Shown here in pieces: positions 46,237-56,829 of a DNA stretch of 64,000 nucleotides; position 1 is the stretch's first letter; every line of letters starts with the position of its first letter. Under the pieces are notes generated by a model. The model saw nothing but the letters and a program-made list of their open reading frames with translations, did not search any database and was not told where the DNA came from. Source of the stretch: an uncultured bacterium. Its GTDB lineage: Bacteria; Babelota; Babeliae; Babelales; Babelaceae. The DNA lies in NCBI GenBank assembly GCA_963717435.1, contig OY970332.1, positions 544,001 to 608,000 on the forward strand, written 5' to 3'. Position numbers and translations under genes: made by a program.

Positions 46237-47848
46237 GAATATTTTTATTCCAGAAAAGATAGGTGATAATTATTTATTTACAAAAAAAGTCTTGGGATTC
46301 GATATTGGAAAATCTTTTGTAAGAGCTGCACTTTTAACCTTAAGCGGTAAATCTCGCAAGATAGACAACCTTTTTGATGAGCCCTTGGACGCTAGTTCTG
46401 ATCTTACTTATCAGGAAAAAGTCTCTTCAGCTATAAAAAATATTTTGTCAAAATCTGGCAAAGTTGACAAAGTTTATACTAGCCTTTCAAGCTCGCCTGT
46501 TATATTCAAAGAACTTAAATTGCAAATCTTGGGTATTAATAAAATTAAGCTTGTTTTGCCATTTGAGCTTGAAGGACAACTTCCATTTTCTTTGGACCAG
46601 GCAGTTGTTGATTGTGTGATAGTTGATGAAAATACCAAAGAAAAATATTCAACAGTGATAGTTGCAGCTGTAAAAAAAGAAATAGTTGATGAACATGTTG
46701 CGATGTTTCAGGCTGCTGGTGTTTTGCCCGACAAAGTGACAGTAGATTTATTTGAGATTTATGGGACATATAAATCTATGCTCGGTCAGAGTAAAGCTGC
46801 TTCTTCTACTTCTGCTGATTCTATTGCTATGTTAGAAATCGGTATTTATGCAACTAATATAATTTTAATACATAATAACAATCTAAAATATATAAGATCT
46901 TTGCCAAAGGGTCTAAGTTGGATATCAAAAAATATTGCTGCCAACTTAAATCAAGACCAGGCCACAGTGCTTGAAAATATATTGCGTTTTGGTCTAGAGG
47001 GCAATGATAACAAGCAATTTGATGAGCAATTAAAAGGGCAGCTTTCAGAGATTTTAAATGAGGTTAGTTTTACGCTTGATAATTACACAACAAAAAACAG
47101 AATACCAAATGTTAGCAAGATTGTTTTATTTGGCCAATCAGAAAATATTAAGGGATTTGGTGAACTTGTTACAGAGAAATTGGTTAGCTCAGAAGAGCTT
47201 GATCTAAAACCAATTTTTGGTAAATCTGTTGAGGGTCAATACGACGTGGCGATAGCAACTGCCTTTTCAAGTCAGTTAACTGAAAACTTTAATTTATTAA
47301 AAGAATCAGCTTTCAATGAAACTAACAGATTAATTAATAAGCAGTTAATAGCAGCTTTAGTTTTATTTTTGTTAGTTTTTTTAAGTTTTTATCTGCATAG
47401 TTTTTTAACTTATAGAAAACTAAAAAATGAAATTTATGATTCAGAAAAGCAAGCTATTAGTTTAATTACTAAAAAGATTAATCTTGAAAAGAAGCGTGGG
47501 GCTCGGAAAGCATCTTCGCTTAAAGAAGTGATCGAAGCTGCTAAGTCAACACTGGAGAAAGAAGAAAGTATCTGGTTTGCTTTGTCTAGTAAAAACAGGT
47601 ATTCGTTTTTGAAATATCTGCAAGAGTTAACTACAAAAATAGACAGAGAAGGCGTTGGATTAGAATTAAAGAAATTAAGAATATATAATTCTAATAACAC
47701 GACAAAGATCGATCTTGAAGGTAAAGTTAGAGATTTTGATGCTATAAATGTTTTTGAATCACAACTGAAATCAGGGATGTTTGAAGGGGTGCCAAGAATA
47801 GAGACCCCAGATTTTGATATAACATTGGTTGTGAAAAAAGAGGATTAG
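46229..47848 (+). CDS. GspL / PilM-PilN-like fusion
   Basis: LGFDIG actin-like fold, ELEGQLPF, EIG..T, NFNLL, then a TM and a periplasmic domain. Confidence 0.8.
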   Translation: MIKNIFIPEKIGDNYLFTKKVLGFDIGKSFVRAALLTLSGKSRKIDNLFDEPLDASSDLTYQEKVSSAIKNILSKSGKVDKVYTSLSSSPVIFKELKLQILGINKIKLVLPFELEGQLPFSLDQAVVDCVIVDENTKEKYSTVIVAAVKKEIVDEHVAMFQAAGVLPDKVTVDLFEIYGTYKSMLGQSKAASSTSADSIAMLEIGIYATNIILIHNNNLKYIRSLPKGLSWISKNIAANLNQDQATVLENILRFGLEGNDNKQFDEQLKGQLSEILNEVSFTLDNYTTKNRIPNVSKIVLFGQSENIKGFGELVTEKLVSSEELDLKPIFGKSVEGQYDVAIATAFSSQLTENFNLLKESAFNETNRLINKQLIAALVLFLLVFLSFYLHSFLTYRKLKNEIYDSEKQAISLITKKINLEKKRGARKASSLKEVIEAAKSTLEKEESIWFALSSKNRYSFLKYLQELTTKIDREGVGLELKKLRIYNSNNTTKIDLEGKVRDFDAINVFESQLKSGMFEGVPRIETPDFDITLVVKKED

Positions 47849-47856
47849 GAACGATA

Positions 47857-48414
47857 ATGCAACTATTTGATAAATTAAAAGATTTTATTAAATCGCTTGA
47901 CCAGAACTCTTTTTATAAATATTTATCAGCGATTTTATTTGCTCTTTTTTTGTTAATGGGACTTTTGATTTGGCGATATTACAGTAACGTTAATTATTAC
48001 TTAAAAAAAATTAAAGTTGTTAATATGCAAAGAAAAGAGGTGGCAGATCTTCTTGGTGAATTTGAGACAGTAAGGGCTCAGGAAAAAGAAGTTTCTGAAA
48101 TTTTGGAGCAAGATACGAATTTTAAAATTGCCCAGTTTATGCTGAACGTGATAAGAGATACGGATCTTGGGCAAAATAATTCAAAAGAGCCAGAATTAGT
48201 TGAAGAAGAACTGGATAACGAATACACAGAAATAAAGTTGGTCACAAGTTTTGTTAATTTAAATATGCAGCAGCTATGTGGGCTATTAACAAAAATCGAT
48301 CAAGATGAACGTGTTTATACAAAAGAGCTTATTATAACCAAAGTGCCTAAAAAACCGTATATTGATGTTACACTTGAAATTGCTACATTAAAACCTAAAA
48401 GTACTTCTGCTTAA
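47857..48414 (+). CDS. GspM/PilO-like protein
   Basis: N-terminal TM, coiled coil, ferredoxin-like C-terminus (QLCGLLTKID); position in the locus. Confidence 0.7.
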   Translation: MQLFDKLKDFIKSLDQNSFYKYLSAILFALFLLMGLLIWRYYSNVNYYLKKIKVVNMQRKEVADLLGEFETVRAQEKEVSEILEQDTNFKIAQFMLNVIRDTDLGQNNSKEPELVEEELDNEYTEIKLVTSFVNLNMQQLCGLLTKIDQDERVYTKELIITKVPKKPYIDVTLEIATLKPKSTSA

Positions 48415-48416
48415 TC

Positions 48417-51275
48417 TTGGAAAGATCCTGGATGAAAATGATAAAAATTGAAAAAAAGAGTAAATCGATGATGTATCAGTTTTTGATTTTTATTTTGCTG
48501 CAAAATTTTTGTTCAAAAATTTTGGCAGAAACAGAATCTGAAAAACATCATAAAAAACATGATGTTCAAAATAGTACAGATATTACGGCTACCAATACTG
48601 TTTTGGCCGAAAATAAAGGCGATAATATTACATCCGGAACTTCTGTAAGTTCTGAAACTAAAGCTCCAGCAGCTTCTGTCCCGGTCCAAGAAATCAAACA
48701 CGAAACTGTCCAAAAAGATTTAAAACCAACAGAGACAGTAGCAGTAGCTAGCCAAGTTGGCTCGGTTCAGCCACAAGCTGAATCTGTGCCCGTAGCCCCA
48801 GAAGTGCCCGCTGCACCAGCTGAACAAGCTCCAAAAACTGCAGCAGCTACACAAAAAGTCGAAACAAGCAGAGTAGTTCGTAAAGCAAATAAAGAAAAAA
48901 ATAGAAAATTTGAAGAATCGCCAGAGATAGAAATTCAGCCTGGAAAAATATTGGTAGATTTTACTTTCTCAAACGAAGATCTTTCAACAATAATAAGTAA
49001 AGTTGCCAAAGCAAAAGACATTAATATTATTCTTCCATTGCCACCACATAATATTAATCAGAAAGTAAGTTTTGGTGTTAAGGGCAAAATTACAGTTGAT
49101 CAGGCTTGGGAATATCTTCTTTCTATGATGGAACTTTCCGGATATTCTATAACAAAAGATCAAAATGGAATTTATACAGTTGTGAAAAATAATCACAATG
49201 TATCGCGCGAAAACATGCCGTTATATGTTAATGTGCCGCCTGACAAATTACCATTTACGGATCAAAGAATCAGATACGTTTATTATTTGAGTAACATGAG
49301 AGTGCCTGAACAAGCCCAGGGCCCAGAACCGCTTAATTTGCTTTTGAAAGAGATATTAAGTGTTAACGGCATTTTTATGTACGATCCAAAATCTAACGCG
49401 GTAATTATTATCGATACAGCAAAAAATATCGCGAGTGTTTCTGAGGCTGTGATTAAAATGGACAATATTGGCTATAAAGAGGGTTTTGAGTTTGTCCAAC
49501 TTCTTTATACGTCAGCAGCAAATATTGTAAAGTTGTTAAAAGAGCTTGTTCCTCAAGTGACAGATTCTAAGTATCCGTCTATGCGCGGTAATCTAAAAAC
49601 AGATTCAAGTTACTATTTTAGTCCCGGAACCAAAGTAGTTGCAGCTGAGCGTGAGAACCGCGTAATTATTATAGGTAGGGATACTGCGATTTCCAGAATA
49701 CGTGATTTTATCACACAAGAATTAGATGTTGCTCCTGAATCTGGTAAGTCGATATTGCACACATATGATTTACAGTATCTTGATGCCGAGTCTTTTGCCA
49801 AAGATTTAACAAAAATAGTTTCTTCTGGCGGCGGCGCTTCTGATCAAACAACAAGAGAAGCGGTATCCGGCGGCCCTGAAAGATTTTTTGAAGGGGTTAT
49901 TATACTTGCTGAAGCTTATAAAGAAGTTAAGCAAGCTGTTGCTGTTGCCGGCGCAAAGGCGGGAGATACACAAACTGATACAGCTGGCTCAGCAGTTTAT
50001 CAGGGTGGTAACAGACTTATTGTTGCAGCAAGAGAGAGTGATTGGTTGCGCATTCGAGAATTAATAAGAAAGCTTGATAAACCGCAACCCCAAGTTATTT
50101 TAGAAGTACTGGTACTTGATATAACCAAATTAACTAATGACGATATATCCGGAAGTATACGTAATGCTGGTGGTTTGTTTAATAAACCCGATGGACCAAA
50201 TTTCTTGGCGTCAAATATTGCAAATATTAACGACACTCTTTTAAATGGCGGAACAATTCCTACACCAGTGCCGCCGACTTTGGCTGCGGATTTGCTTAAA
50301 TATTTAACTGAAGCTAACTCAATAAACGTGCCGACAGGCTCATTTATAATGTCATTTAATGATCCTAATGGTTCAGGCATAAGTACTTTATTAACTGTAC
50401 TTAAGGCCAATACAAATACCAAAGTATTATCACATCCATTTTTGGTTACGACAAATAATAAATCAGCTTTTGTAGAGTCTGTTACCATAAGACGACAAGC
50501 CGGTGAATCTGACGCTCAAAAGGCATCCGGTGCTATCACAATTAAGCAAGAAGATATTCCTGCAAAAATTCGCGTTGATCTTGTGCCGAGAATAAGTTCA
50601 TTGGACAGATTAAATCTTAAAGTTAACGTTTATATTGAGGACTTTAACGCTCCTCAATCTACGACCGACTTTTCAAGAACAACTCGTACGGTATCGACAA
50701 ATGCCAATTTGGGCAGCGGACAAGTTCTAGCTCTTGGCGGATTATTGCAAACGGTTGAAAATCATGATGAGTCTGGAACTCCGTTGCTTTCAAAAATTCC
50801 AATTATCGGTTGGTTATTTAAGAGTGAAACCATAACATTATCAAAGAGTAATATCATGGTATTTATCTCGCCAACGATTGTTGATCCTAAATTGAGAATG
50901 GGTGTGAATAGATACACTACTGACAAAATTAAACAGCTTAACAAACAGGTTGACGAAAAAGATGAACCTACAGACTTTGTTGAGCCTATACAGCACTTAT
51001 TCTTTGGCGATACCCGTATTGGTGAAGCTGGTACTGAAAATTATTTGAGAGATTCGAAGAATACAAACATAAAAATAGAAGATGTTTTAACTAAAAAAAG
51101 CAAAAAGTTCAGAGCGAAAAAAACAAAAGCAAATAATTCGCAAAATCCACAGGCCAATAATTTGCCAGCCAGAGCCGTCAATTATGACAGCTCTGGTGAA
51201 AAGGCAAAAGCTGTTAAAGAGCTTATAGCTTTTGAAGATAACCCATTTTTAAGAGTTAAGGAGCGAAAGAGTTAG
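48417..51275 (+). CDS. gspD: Type II secretion secretin GspD, copy 2 (start uncertain)
   Basis: LDKPQPQVILEV, KVLSHP, LALGGL, PLLSKIPIIGWLFK, VFISPTI; long Ala/Pro/Glu-rich N-extension. Confidence 0.9.
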   Translation: MERSWMKMIKIEKKSKSMMYQFLIFILLQNFCSKILAETESEKHHKKHDVQNSTDITATNTVLAENKGDNITSGTSVSSETKAPAASVPVQEIKHETVQKDLKPTETVAVASQVGSVQPQAESVPVAPEVPAAPAEQAPKTAAATQKVETSRVVRKANKEKNRKFEESPEIEIQPGKILVDFTFSNEDLSTIISKVAKAKDINIILPLPPHNINQKVSFGVKGKITVDQAWEYLLSMMELSGYSITKDQNGIYTVVKNNHNVSRENMPLYVNVPPDKLPFTDQRIRYVYYLSNMRVPEQAQGPEPLNLLLKEILSVNGIFMYDPKSNAVIIIDTAKNIASVSEAVIKMDNIGYKEGFEFVQLLYTSAANIVKLLKELVPQVTDSKYPSMRGNLKTDSSYYFSPGTKVVAAERENRVIIIGRDTAISRIRDFITQELDVAPESGKSILHTYDLQYLDAESFAKDLTKIVSSGGGASDQTTREAVSGGPERFFEGVIILAEAYKEVKQAVAVAGAKAGDTQTDTAGSAVYQGGNRLIVAARESDWLRIRELIRKLDKPQPQVILEVLVLDITKLTNDDISGSIRNAGGLFNKPDGPNFLASNIANINDTLLNGGTIPTPVPPTLAADLLKYLTEANSINVPTGSFIMSFNDPNGSGISTLLTVLKANTNTKVLSHPFLVTTNNKSAFVESVTIRRQAGESDAQKASGAITIKQEDIPAKIRVDLVPRISSLDRLNLKVNVYIEDFNAPQSTTDFSRTTRTVSTNANLGSGQVLALGGLLQTVENHDESGTPLLSKIPIIGWLFKSETITLSKSNIMVFISPTIVDPKLRMGVNRYTTDKIKQLNKQVDEKDEPTDFVEPIQHLFFGDTRIGEAGTENYLRDSKNTNIKIEDVLTKKSKKFRAKKTKANNSQNPQANNLPARAVNYDSSGEKAKAVKELIAFEDNPFLRVKERKS

Positions 51276-52505
51276 GTCATCTTCGATTCTTAATAATCGA
51301 TTGTATTTTGCCATTCTTTCGCCTCTTGAAAAGCCTCCTGCTTTAATTTGTCCCGAGCTTGTTCCGACAGCAAGATCCGCGATGAACGTATCGCATGTTT
51401 CACCAGATCTGTGTGATATTACTGTCCCCATCTCTGCTGTTTTACAAAGTTTGATCGCATGTAAACTCTCAGTTATTGTTCCGACTTGGTTTGGTTTTAT
51501 TATGGCTGCATTTGCGACCTGTTTTTCTACGCCCTGAGAAATTCTATATAAATTTGTTGCGAAGATATCATCGCCAACAATCTGAACCTTATCATCTAAA
51601 GCTTTTGTTATAGCGGTCCAGGATTCCCAGTCGTCCTGAGCAAATGGATCTTCGATAGAATATATAGGATATTTTTTTATCATTTCAGAATAAACAGACA
51701 GAAGTTCTTGCGAATTTAACGGTTGTCTGTTCCATAAATAAAAATTTCTTTGAGTATCGTAAAATTGTGTCGCAGCTATATCAAGTGCAATAACAGATCT
51801 TGAACCGGTTTTTGCTGAAACTTTTTCTATAGCTTCGGTTATAATATCAAGCGCCTCAAAATCATCTTTAAAGAATGGTGCAAATCCGCCTTCGTCGCCC
51901 ACCGCAACACTTAACCCTTTTTTCTTAAGTATTTCTTTAATCTCGTTAAACACAAAAAAAGCGACTTCCATTGAGTCGCGAAAATTTGTCGCGCCAACTG
52001 GAACAACCATAAATTCTTGAATTTGCAGATTATTATTCGCGTGTGCACCACCATTTATCATGTTAAACATTGGAAATGGCAAAGCAACACTTTGTGAGCC
52101 AAATATATATGAAATCAGTTCATAAAGTTCAAGCTCTTCAAGTATTGCCTGTGCTTTGTAAATCGCCATACTTGCTGCAAGGGTAGCGTTTGCTCCCAGA
52201 TTTGATTTGTCTTCTGTCCCATCCAGTGAAATAATTTGTAGATCCATTTCTACGCCATTAGGTTCTTTGCCTAAGATTTGGCCCCCTATGATAGTTTCTA
52301 TATTTTCGACTGCTCGTGTTACTCCTAGGCCATTTAGTCTGTCAGCCCCGTCTCTTAATTCAACGGCTTCATAAAAGCCTTTTGAAATTCCCGACGGGAC
52401 GCTAGCCGATACCGCTATTTTGTCATCCAATAAAAGATCACATTGAACGGTAGGCATCCCTCGCGAGTCGAAAATCTCTCGCGCCATTACTTTGGTTATT
52501 TTCAT
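51249..52505 (-). CDS. eno: Enolase
   Basis: DSRG.PTV, NLGANA, QEFM, GDEGGFAP, IEDP, VGDD, SHRSGET, KYNRLLRIE. Confidence 0.97.
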   Translation of the reverse strand: MKITKVMAREIFDSRGMPTVQCDLLLDDKIAVSASVPSGISKGFYEAVELRDGADRLNGLGVTRAVENIETIIGGQILGKEPNGVEMDLQIISLDGTEDKSNLGANATLAASMAIYKAQAILEELELYELISYIFGSQSVALPFPMFNMINGGAHANNNLQIQEFMVVPVGATNFRDSMEVAFFVFNEIKEILKKKGLSVAVGDEGGFAPFFKDDFEALDIITEAIEKVSAKTGSRSVIALDIAATQFYDTQRNFYLWNRQPLNSQELLSVYSEMIKKYPIYSIEDPFAQDDWESWTAITKALDDKVQIVGDDIFATNLYRISQGVEKQVANAAIIKPNQVGTITESLHAIKLCKTAEMGTVISHRSGETCDTFIADLAVGTSSGQIKAGGFSRGERMAKYNRLLRIEDDLTLSLLNS

Positions 52506-52589
52506 AGTTCACCACCCCTGGATTTTTAAAATCTCTCCCTGGGTATAAACATAGAATTTTGTTCGGGACTATTTAAAGAGTTTTTTAAT

Positions 52590-55217
52590 TTAAACTCTTC
52601 CCGCCCTGATTTTAACCATTTTTTTGGTATCAAGATATTTTGAACAGACTTCTTTAACCTGAGCAATTGTAATCGCCTGGATTTGGGACGGCCGTTTTGT
52701 AAAATAACTAGAATCTAAATTATAATTATCTAAAAATAACAAAGTTAAAGCAGTTTGCTTATTGGTTCCAAAACTATCTGAAAGTGAATTTATTATAGCG
52801 TTTTTAGCGTCTTCAAACTCTTCTTGAGAAATAAAATCGCAAGCCGTATTAATGGTATTTTCTATGGCAACTTCTGCTTCTTTAAGTCTGTCATTAGAAA
52901 CTATAGTCTTGATGAACACCATTCCAGGTTGTTTATCTGCCCTTGCTATTAATGATCCGCCTATAGTATAAAATAATCCGGATCGTTCACGAAGTTCAAA
53001 AAGTTTTGAGCTCATCGACCCCAGAATTCCGCCAGTAAATATTTGATCAAACAAAAATAATTTATCGAAATCCTGACTAAGTCTGTCTACTGAAATTCCA
53101 CCATAAACCAAAACCGTCTGATCTCTATTAATATAATGGCTAAACTCGGCTTGCTTAATTGGCTCTAAATTTGGGAAAACAGGCTCGGTTATATTTTGAG
53201 CTTTCCAGTTGCTTAGATATTTTTCTACAGTTTTTTCTATATCATAACCTGAAATATCTCCCACTATGGACATTCTTGCGCCATTTGGAACTATAGATTT
53301 TTTGTAATAATCTGCCAGATCTTGTCTGGTTATTTTTTCTATAACCTCTTCTGTTCCGAGAGAATTTTTGCTATACGGGTGATTTTTATAAAGTTTTTCT
53401 TTTAAAATTTGCCCGATAAACTCGTTGGGGCTATCCCAGAAATTTTTAATATCAGATATTGTTTGAGCTTTAATTTTTGATACAGATTTTTCTGAAAATT
53501 TAGAATTTATTAAAATATCAGATAATATATCAAGCCCTTTTTCAAAATCTTTTGTAAGCAAACTTAGCTGAATCTGTCCCGGCGAAGAGATCAAATTTAT
53601 GCCGTTCGATTCAAGTTCTGTAGCAAGTTCAGAAGCAGAATATTTATCTGTACCTTCAAGTAACATGTCTGATACTAGATTTAATATCCCCTGTTTGTCT
53701 TGAGGATCGTAATAGCTTTTTGTTTTAAAATCTAAAATAATATCGATCTTAGAAAGTGTGGGATTATTATAATAAAGTAATTTTAAGTTGTTTTTTAAAG
53801 TTACAGATTTTCCTGATGGGAACTCAAATTTTTTAACAGGGTTTGGCTTTACCGACAAAACATGTGACCCTTGTTCGACATCTAATTCCCGAGATTTCCC
53901 TGCCAAAAATTCTACATCTTGCTCGTCAGAGATCTCTTGAATTTTTAATAAATTTTCTCTTTCTTCTTCTACTATCGGCAGAACTAAACCCTTGTGCATA
54001 ACAGATGGTCTTAGAAACTCTGAAATATTTTCTTTAACTTTGTTAATATTATTTGGGTTGTTAGCTTCGTCTAAATAATTATATATATACTCTGGGTCAC
54101 CTGTGGCTAAAAACATTTCTCCCAAAAGCGAGCACTGTTGATGGTTACTTTCAAGAAGTGAAAAATAGTCTATTTCGGTTTTATTATTAGCTCTTATAAG
54201 TTCCTGCTTAGTTATGCCATTATTAGTTATATCAGCAAGTTCTTGGGTTATTATTTCTATAATTTTATCTATGTTTTTTTGCTCAAATGGCTGGAAATGC
54301 AACAAAAATATTGAACGATCAAAATTTTCCCAAGTAGAGCACTCGATATCGACAACAAGATTAAGTTCATCAACAAGTTTTTTGTATAATCTTGAGCCGT
54401 CACCTTGTGCAATTATCAGCGCGATTATGTTCCAGATATATCCCTGTTTTTCCCTTGAGCCTGGTATTTCCCAGACCAAAGAAACTATTGGCTGTTGAAT
54501 GTCTCGATATATTGTTACAGCTTTTGAAGACAAATCTTGTGAATGATAAAACTGTTCTTTTGTATAACTCAAATTTGGTTCTATGCTACCAAAATTTTCT
54601 TGGGCCAGCTCAAAAACTTCTTGATGTTTAACATCGCCAACTACAACAAGTGTCGCATTATTTGGCCAATAGTGCTTATTATAAAAATTTACTAAAGCAT
54701 CTTTTTCCATGCTCCATAAATCTTGCTTATAGCCAATTATTGGGTGATGATACGGGTGATCGGCAAATATTGAGCCAAGAAGTTGTTGAAGCACAGTTAG
54801 CAAGTAGTTATCTTTGCGCATCTTTAATTCTTGTATTACAGCTTTTACTTCTGAATTCAAAAATTCTTGCTTAAATGAGCAGTTTTTCATGCAATCGGCC
54901 ATTATCGGCAAAGACTCGTGCCAATTTTGGGACGGAAAATCAAAAAGATAACCCGTATAGTCATATGATGTAAATGCGTTGCATACGCCGGATAGTTTAT
55001 GTGTTATGAGGTTTATATCAGATTCAGAAAGCTTATCTGTCCCCTTGAATATCATATGCTCAATAAAATGCGCAATACCCTTTTCTCCAGTTTTTTCATC
55101 TTTTGAGCCCACATTATACCAGAGCTGTATTGAAACTTTAGGAGTATTATGTCTTTCAACAACAAGTATATTTAGCCCATTATCTAATTTATGTTGAAAC
55201 ACTTTGGGTTTTTGCAT
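52590..55217 (-). CDS. M16 family zinc peptidase (PqqL-like, two-domain)
   Basis: VGSKDE..GEKGIAHFIEHMIFKGT, NAFTS.D.T.Y; second half lacks HxxEH. Confidence 0.95.
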   Translation of the reverse strand: MQKPKVFQHKLDNGLNILVVERHNTPKVSIQLWYNVGSKDEKTGEKGIAHFIEHMIFKGTDKLSESDINLITHKLSGVCNAFTSYDYTGYLFDFPSQNWHESLPIMADCMKNCSFKQEFLNSEVKAVIQELKMRKDNYLLTVLQQLLGSIFADHPYHHPIIGYKQDLWSMEKDALVNFYNKHYWPNNATLVVVGDVKHQEVFELAQENFGSIEPNLSYTKEQFYHSQDLSSKAVTIYRDIQQPIVSLVWEIPGSREKQGYIWNIIALIIAQGDGSRLYKKLVDELNLVVDIECSTWENFDRSIFLLHFQPFEQKNIDKIIEIITQELADITNNGITKQELIRANNKTEIDYFSLLESNHQQCSLLGEMFLATGDPEYIYNYLDEANNPNNINKVKENISEFLRPSVMHKGLVLPIVEEERENLLKIQEISDEQDVEFLAGKSRELDVEQGSHVLSVKPNPVKKFEFPSGKSVTLKNNLKLLYYNNPTLSKIDIILDFKTKSYYDPQDKQGILNLVSDMLLEGTDKYSASELATELESNGINLISSPGQIQLSLLTKDFEKGLDILSDILINSKFSEKSVSKIKAQTISDIKNFWDSPNEFIGQILKEKLYKNHPYSKNSLGTEEVIEKITRQDLADYYKKSIVPNGARMSIVGDISGYDIEKTVEKYLSNWKAQNITEPVFPNLEPIKQAEFSHYINRDQTVLVYGGISVDRLSQDFDKLFLFDQIFTGGILGSMSSKLFELRERSGLFYTIGGSLIARADKQPGMVFIKTIVSNDRLKEAEVAIENTINTACDFISQEEFEDAKNAIINSLSDSFGTNKQTALTLLFLDNYNLDSSYFTKRPSQIQAITIAQVKEVCSKYLDTKKMVKIRAGRV

Positions 55218-55342
55218 TTGTATTGCTTTCTTGATTTTCTTGAAAAATAGATTTTTTTATAGATTATTTAGTTTCTATTATTTTACTAAATAATTCTTGA
55301 GTCTGAAATATAATCTTTGTATATGGACAAATTTTTGGCAAA

Positions 55343-55374
55343 AAAATAGGCGGCTAAGCTTAATACTTACCGCC
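55343..55374 (-). terminator. Intrinsic terminator after histone-like gene
   Basis: GGCGG(C)TAAG...CTTACCGCC stem, with a T-run on the minus strand. Confidence 0.6.
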
Positions 55375-55391
55375 CAATAAATAGTCTAGGA

Positions 55392-55688
55392 TTATTCTCC
55401 TGCTATTCCCCACATTGGCTTGTTAGCATGTGCTTTAGCAGGTCTGCGAGTCATAGGAGTTGTTTTTCTGCCTTTAGCTGTTTTTGCTTTTGATGCTTTA
55501 GCTTTGGCTGACTTAGCTTTTGCTTTTTTAGCTTTCGCTCTTTTTGGAGCAGCTTTTTTAGCGTGAGCTTTCTTAGCAGCTTTTCTTTTTTTCGGAGCAG
55601 CTTTTTTTGCAGTTTTTCTTTTAGCTACTCTTTTTTTTGTTGCCTTTTTTGCAGCTTTCTTAGCAACTTTTTTACGTTTTACTACCAT
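55392..55688 (-). CDS. Histone H1-like Lys/Ala-rich protein
   Basis: MVVKRKKVAKKAAKKATKKRVAKRKTAKKAAPKK...; SD GGGAG. Confidence 0.85.
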   Translation of the reverse strand: MVVKRKKVAKKAAKKATKKRVAKRKTAKKAAPKKRKAAKKAHAKKAAPKRAKAKKAKAKSAKAKASKAKTAKGRKTTPMTRRPAKAHANKPMWGIAGE

Positions 55689-55809
55689 GACCACTCCCTT
55701 TTTTTAGGCTTACTGGGTTTTAAAAACTTTTCATGCCATAGTTAATACTATTACCTCTTCCATACTAAATAATATTTTTACCCAAGGTCAAGAAATTAGT
55801 ATTTATTTT

Positions 55810-56304
55810 TTATTTTATTTTTAATTCTGGTTTGCCTTGGCTGTTTATAAACAGTACGACTTTGGTTATCTCAGAGATGGTTTCCGGATGATTTAGATCC
55901 AGTTTTTCTGGAGATTTTTTTTCAAAATTATATTTTGTTTTTTGTGCAAACATTAACCCGTCTTCATTTTTCCATATGCCAAACTTGCCCAAATTTGTGA
56001 TAACTTTTAGTGCGCCTTTGGGAATATAAAACTTATCTTGGGTAAAATCTACAATATTTCTGCTGACAGAAATAAAAGGTATCTCTATTTCTCTGTTAAT
56101 CTTTTTTTTGCTTAAAACATCTATAATTTTTTCGGCCCCAAGTTTCAAATTTGCTTTGGAGTCTGATTTGTTGTCTATTTCTACGATAGTTACTTTTTTT
56201 CTATTATTTGTTAACTCTAGACCAAAAATATTGTAACTATTGCCAAGTGACGATATTAACAAAATTAATAAAACCGCTTTTAATTTAGAAACTGATTTCT
56301 TCAT
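55810..56304 (-). CDS. Secreted hypothetical protein
   Basis: Signal-like N-terminus, beta-rich body. Confidence 0.6.
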   Translation of the reverse strand: MKKSVSKLKAVLLILLISSLGNSYNIFGLELTNNRKKVTIVEIDNKSDSKANLKLGAEKIIDVLSKKKINREIEIPFISVSRNIVDFTQDKFYIPKGALKVITNLGKFGIWKNEDGLMFAQKTKYNFEKKSPEKLDLNHPETISEITKVVLFINSQGKPELKIK

Positions 56305-56435
56305 GAATTTTAACCCCAAAATTAATTTATTTTTTACTGTTTTTGCCCATTAAAGCTAAAATAGCTTATATAATTTGCTTATATATACAGTATAAAAGAC
56401 TATAAATTAGCGTCAAATGGTGGAGTTTTGGCAAT

Positions 56436-56468
56436 AAAAAACGGCTTTCGTGATCTTAACGAAAGCCG
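56436..56468 (-). terminator. Intrinsic terminator
   Basis: CGGCTTTCGT...ACGAAAGCCG followed by a T-run on the minus strand. Confidence 0.75.
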
Positions 56469-56493
56469 CCAAATAATCAAATATTTTGGTTGA

Positions 56494-56733
56494 TTAGCGA
56501 GCGCAAGATTCGTGAGGCATAAAGATGCTCACCAAGCTTAATATACCTGCTGCCAATACAACGTACTTAATTGGGTTCACTAGGTTAGCCATGTTTTGTT
56601 GAACCATAGATGACATGAAGAAATCATAATCAAATGCTGTTAAGCCAACATTAAGTGCAGCAAGAGCAGCTATGATCCAAGCAGCTTTGTATACATATTT
56701 CAACACGTGTGAGTGGTGCATTTGTTTTGCCAT
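56494..56733 (-). CDS. DUF378-like small membrane protein
   Basis: WIIAALAALNVGL...YVVLAAG; SD AGGAG. Confidence 0.7.
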   Translation of the reverse strand: MAKQMHHSHVLKYVYKAAWIIAALAALNVGLTAFDYDFFMSSMVQQNMANLVNPIKYVVLAAGILSLVSIFMPHESCAR

Positions 56734-56829
56734 TAAAAAGTCTCCTTTTTTTAGAAAGAAAAAAAATACTATCAAAAACAGGCTATCTAATTAAATTTTG
56801 AATGTAAATAGTTCTGTACTTATATTGTC

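Noticed and set aside
51249-52505. Possible inactive enolase (SGISKG and QIKAG variants)
   Set aside because: The catalytic and metal-binding residues (His, two Glu, Asp/Glu/Asp, Lys, HRS) all appear retained.
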